Below, one piece after another: positions 59,603 through 64,000 of a stretch of 64,000 nucleotides of DNA. Made by a program: the position numbers and the translations under genes. The notes under the pieces were generated by a model, which saw only the letters and a list, made by a program, of their open reading frames with translations, was not told where the DNA came from and searched no databases. The stretch lies in the NCBI GenBank assembly GCA_036172245.1, contig JAYWIR010000041.1, positions 1,674,001 through 1,738,000 of the forward strand. The letters run 5' to 3'. Each line of letters begins with the position of its first letter. Position 1 is the first letter of the stretch. The stretch comes from Raillietiella orientalis (taxonomy: Eukaryota).

Positions 59603-62600
59603 TCTCAGAAGCTTTTAGGACCGTAAAGCCACCACTTCGCCTTGTCTGGACTTCATACTCTTCCCTCCTCTCAATAATGTCTTCCCTCGGGTGCTGTTTT
59701 AAAATACTAGAGTCATCGCATGCTTAACGGCGCTCTTGTTTTGGGATCGTGATCACCGTATAAGAAAGTATACTCTGATGTATGCATGATTAAAAATACT
59801 AATTAACTATAAATTCCGTCACATATGCCGTCATTAATTCAATGTCCATCTATATATTTTTCATTCACATTTTTTTTCCTTCATCACTGTGCCAAGAAAT
59901 AAAAACAGTATGCTCTTTCAGTATTGACGGTTCATATCTCACCTGCTCGATTATTGCAATCTTAATAAGTCCTTTCGTTTTTTACTCAGCATGAACGGAG
60001 CACATGGACTTTCAAAATGAATCGCACCACCACTGAAGACGAACTTTTTGGAGAGCATAAAAAAAAAAATGCTGCTGTGTGCCTGCTATCCTTTACTACT
60101 GTGAACATTCTTAAAAGGTATGGTGCAAGAAGACACAACTCTGCTGTCAGTGCAAGTTCCCTTCCCTATCAATCTTCAGTGAATTCTTAAGAGACCAAAA
60201 GCATTGCATTTTTTTTTTTTAAAAAAACCTGTATCTCAGGACGAACACCATTACTTGTTCTGTAAGTGAACTTAATAATGAAAGGCATGCTATAAGAGGT
60301 AGATGGGATTACTGCCGTGCATCCCGAAGTGCTTTGGTAATTCCTTGCTCTATTTGGCACTGTCTAAGAATCTATTAAACGGTAAGCATCCGTAGGAAAA
60401 CCTGGCTATTACACTGGCTGAATATCTGTTCTGCAGTTGGCACATCAATGTGTCATCATAAAGCAATACTTTTGTCTTCCTGGGAATTGAAGATTATTTC
60501 AACAAAACATAAATCTAAAACAATAAAGCTGAAGTTTAAAGATGGATACCTAGCTTATAAGCAAGAATCTACAAGAATGAAGTTATTAAAACTTTTGCAT
60601 GTTTCGAATTCAGAATGAGGATTGATGGATTGGACTTACTTTAGCTTGTTCATGACATTATTTGGAAATTATTATAACAGCACTATTTGCAGTTTACAGA
60701 AAGTATCAACGATGCATTAAAAACGTATTAGATGCTGGAGCATATCCGCCTTTCAAACCATTTTGAATGAAAATTTCCTAGTTTCTGATTTTAGATGCAA
60801 ATCTATGTTGCTGTAAAAATAATGCTGTGAAGATATGAAAGCAAGTACAAGAATTTCAGTTTAATGGCTCTGAAATCTTGGAATATTTGGTTAATGCATG
60901 TATTAGATGTTTTCATCCATTGGCGATAAATCAGTGCATGTATGTGTCCATACAACATTTCTGGTCATAAATTCTCGTATCTACTTTTATTTTTGAAGGG
61001 CGCTTTTATGGAAGGAATATGTGTATTCGTTTGGGAGACACAAATACATGCATACGTATAATTTGTTCATGATACATATGAACAAATTAGTGCTAAAATT
61101 TAGTGAATTCTGAAAATATGAAAAATCTGAGTTTTCATACAGGTTCCCTTTCTGCTTAAGAGATCACGTCTTCGTTTTTCTTTTACATAACGTATTGCAC
61201 TTTATTTGAGCATTCATTACATAATTTTTTCTATTCGCCACGTATTTTAGCAGTCAATCTTGAACATATCTTTTATTTCTAAAATCGGTATTAACCATTT
61301 CTTTTGCCTCGTCTTATTGTGGGTAAAAGTAGATACAAGGGATGAAAATCATAAAATGATAAATGCCGAATGTAATGCTTTTGTTATTGGAATTCCTGAC
61401 AATATCGTGGCGAAGTGCAGAATTGTGGGATGAACATTGAATTGGCCTTCTATCACAAAACCGTTATCAATTGATATAAAGTGGCGAAATCTATGCCTCC
61501 GTATATTGAAGAACTATATTCTCAATAAATTAATTGTTTTGTGATAGTTTTTTGTACTTGTTGTTTCTAAGTGCTCTAATAATTTTGCCATGGAGAAGTA
61601 GGTTGTGCCATGTCACAGCTGATACAACAGAAATGTATTTAATGTAGTTTTGATGTAGCCTTGAGAGGTTGAATGAAACACACAAAAAAAATGTGGATAA
61701 AGTGAGAAATTCTTGCTTGCAAAGCACGTTGAGAAATTGTGAAGGTATTTAAAAAAATCAAAAAGTATCATGCATTCAGGCGTGATACAGTTTTGTAACC
61801 ATTCATCTTGAATAGTTGATGTTACAAGATAATTTTTCATGACAATGATTTCGCAAAATGCGATTAATGTTATCCATGGTGAAATCACAATAATATTGTC
61901 AGGAATGAAGAAAGGGAGCCGATGGTCAATACATTCTACTAATGTGAGTCTAGATATGTCTTGAAAATTCCTCCACAATTTCGAAAAATTTCATATTTAC
62001 TGAAATTCTCGTACAATACTTTTTTTCGAACCTTAATTGGTTATGTCAATTTGACAGAAACCTTCCTGGAGTAGAATGAAGTTAACTAAACTAAAATTGG
62101 GCAGTGTTAAGAAGTCAGAGACATTTCCATGATAGTGTGCAATTCAAGCCCATGTAGGATGCATGCGAGGTTTTCATATTCTTAATTCATCCTGTGCTTT
62201 CATTTGGTTTACCTTTGCGAAACTAGGTTATATTGATTTGTGTTTTTAAGTGCAACCCCAGTATTTAGATTTGTTTTGCTTGGATTTCATTCTCTTATGT
62301 TGAAATTTGCATTTGGAAACTCAATACTCCTCTCAAGGAACATACAGTTTTGAAGTTTGTTTTGGGGAAACTATTGATTTCATTAAGATATGTTAAAAAG
62401 TACTCATAATTTGTTAGAAATTATCTACAAAGCTGCATTTGTTTTTGTTTTTTTGTACCATGTTGTCTGAATTCTGTTCTTGTAGATTACTGAAACTTTT
62501 ACAAGATCCTTTTTGTACTTGTAATTTCTAGTACATGAGTAGTTTGCAGACTACACTTGTTTGTGGTGATGGGCATTCTCATTTTTCGTTTCCAATGTTT

Positions 62601-64000
62601 CATGGCTTCTTGTGAACCTGACTGAAGTATGTTTTTAAAATTCAAATCTTGAAAATTTACAAATTAAAGTAATAGTTTGAACATAATAGGTTGTTATGAA
62701 TTTGGAAAGAATCCATTGTTATGATGAAGTGTATTATTGCATTTCCATTGTTTCATCCATTTTGGAAAGATGAAACTAGACATGCTGGCAAAAAAAATTC
62801 ACTGACATTTGATTGGATTTATCTTATTTGTTTTTTACAATAAAGAAATCCATCTGTGGGAACAAGCATTCAAAAAATATTCCAAATCCCTCTATTTTGT
62901 TTTATTTGAATTTTATGTTTTATACTTCAAGCAGTTGAATTTCCCAGGTATAAGTGTATCTTTACAAAAATTTTGGTTGTATTGTTTTAGAAAAAAAGCA
63001 AAATTGATAATGATATTTTTAAGCATCAAGGACCAATCATGTAAGCTCAAAATTAAGTAGCAGAGTTTTTGAATCGGCACAGCAAAGCCATTGCATTAGT
63101 AGAAATGTAAAAGAGATTGAAGTTCATTAAAGAATCTAATAATAAATTCTTTTTGTTAAAAATTAAAACCAGTCTACAGTGCTTTGTTTGCATTTTGCAA
63201 GTAGCAGAAAGACTCACCAAAATAAGTCCCTTAGAAAAAGACATAGTAATCTAATTATCAAATGAAATGAAGATTTCACTACTGACTTACATGATAAGCA
63301 TGAAAATGGAAACTGATGCAATAGCATTGGTTTATTTAAAACTTGTTATGTTTTATGCATATAATGTATCAGAACAAGAAAAGTGTGTTTAAATATGTAT
63401 TTATGTTATGGGCAAACATGAAGCTATCATTTTTTACAACAACCCAATAAGTAGTTTATATCAATCATAATGCAATACATCTCATTTTTCTATGTAGAAT
63501 TATGTATCTGCCCTCCTTGGTTTCATAATATTCTTTGCCAGAAATACGTCAGAAAAAAGAAAGGAGTTTTCATTTTCATTCCAAGTTGCTGTCTGGGAAG
63601 AAAACATAATTATGAAATAAATGGATTTTAGTGATCAGTCCTTTCAAGTGTTGGTAAAATTCATGAATTTCTAATGATCCAGTTAAAGGCTGTCATCCAG
63701 ATTACTATTTACACATTTATGATTATGTAGCTTGACTTTTATCATGTAGGGCTTATTAGTCATGTGCTGCATTTATGGGGAATTATGTTGTGTTCACTTA
63801 AAAGAAAAAAGTTAGATAAATGAATCATAAATAGCCCTTTAGAAATAGAAATCTTAGAATGAGATTGCTGGTTATTTCATTGATGATATGGTTGGTTTTT
63901 TTTCCTCTTCTATCAAATCAATCTTTATTTTTACAAAGCTGCTTTATTTCTCTTAAAACATTTTTGTAATATACTTGCTCTTTTCAGAATTTTTTAAATT

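Noticed and set aside
1..64000. CRISPR array, prokaryotic operon, LTR pair or intact host exons
   Set aside because: No regularly spaced repeats or gene-dense ORFs are present. The only long direct repeat is a LINE 3' end rather than an LTR, and no convincing exon chain appears in the AT-rich part.

Overview
This is eukaryotic DNA, most likely from an arthropod (inferred from the transposon repertoire and a Wolbachia-like fragment). No intact protein-coding gene is supported, and nearly all ORF-track entries are chance ORFs or pieces of decayed elements. Bases 1 to ~53,100 are a relatively GC-rich, densely packed mosaic of short (0.1-2.4 kb), frameshifted and often internally deleted fragments on both strands. 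Transposon remnants include many Tx1/L1-like LINE pieces, three NeSL/Utopia-like RLE retrotransposons, other APE-RT LINEs, piggyBac, pogo, hAT and Tc1-like transposases, and a tRNA-derived SINE. Non-transposon cargo includes a histone H3 pseudogene, a 25-nt U2 snRNA fragment between 10-bp direct repeats, TRAF/MATH-like pieces, a probable bunyavirus-type glycoprotein relic and a ~120-bp Wolbachia phage WO-like fragment. From ~53,100 the sequence becomes abruptly AT-rich, with old LINE debris and one complete SINE with target-site duplications. The mosaic resembles a piRNA-cluster or heterochromatic 'trap' locus. All protein-family calls come from manual motif recognition, not database searches, and boundaries of decayed elements are approximate.
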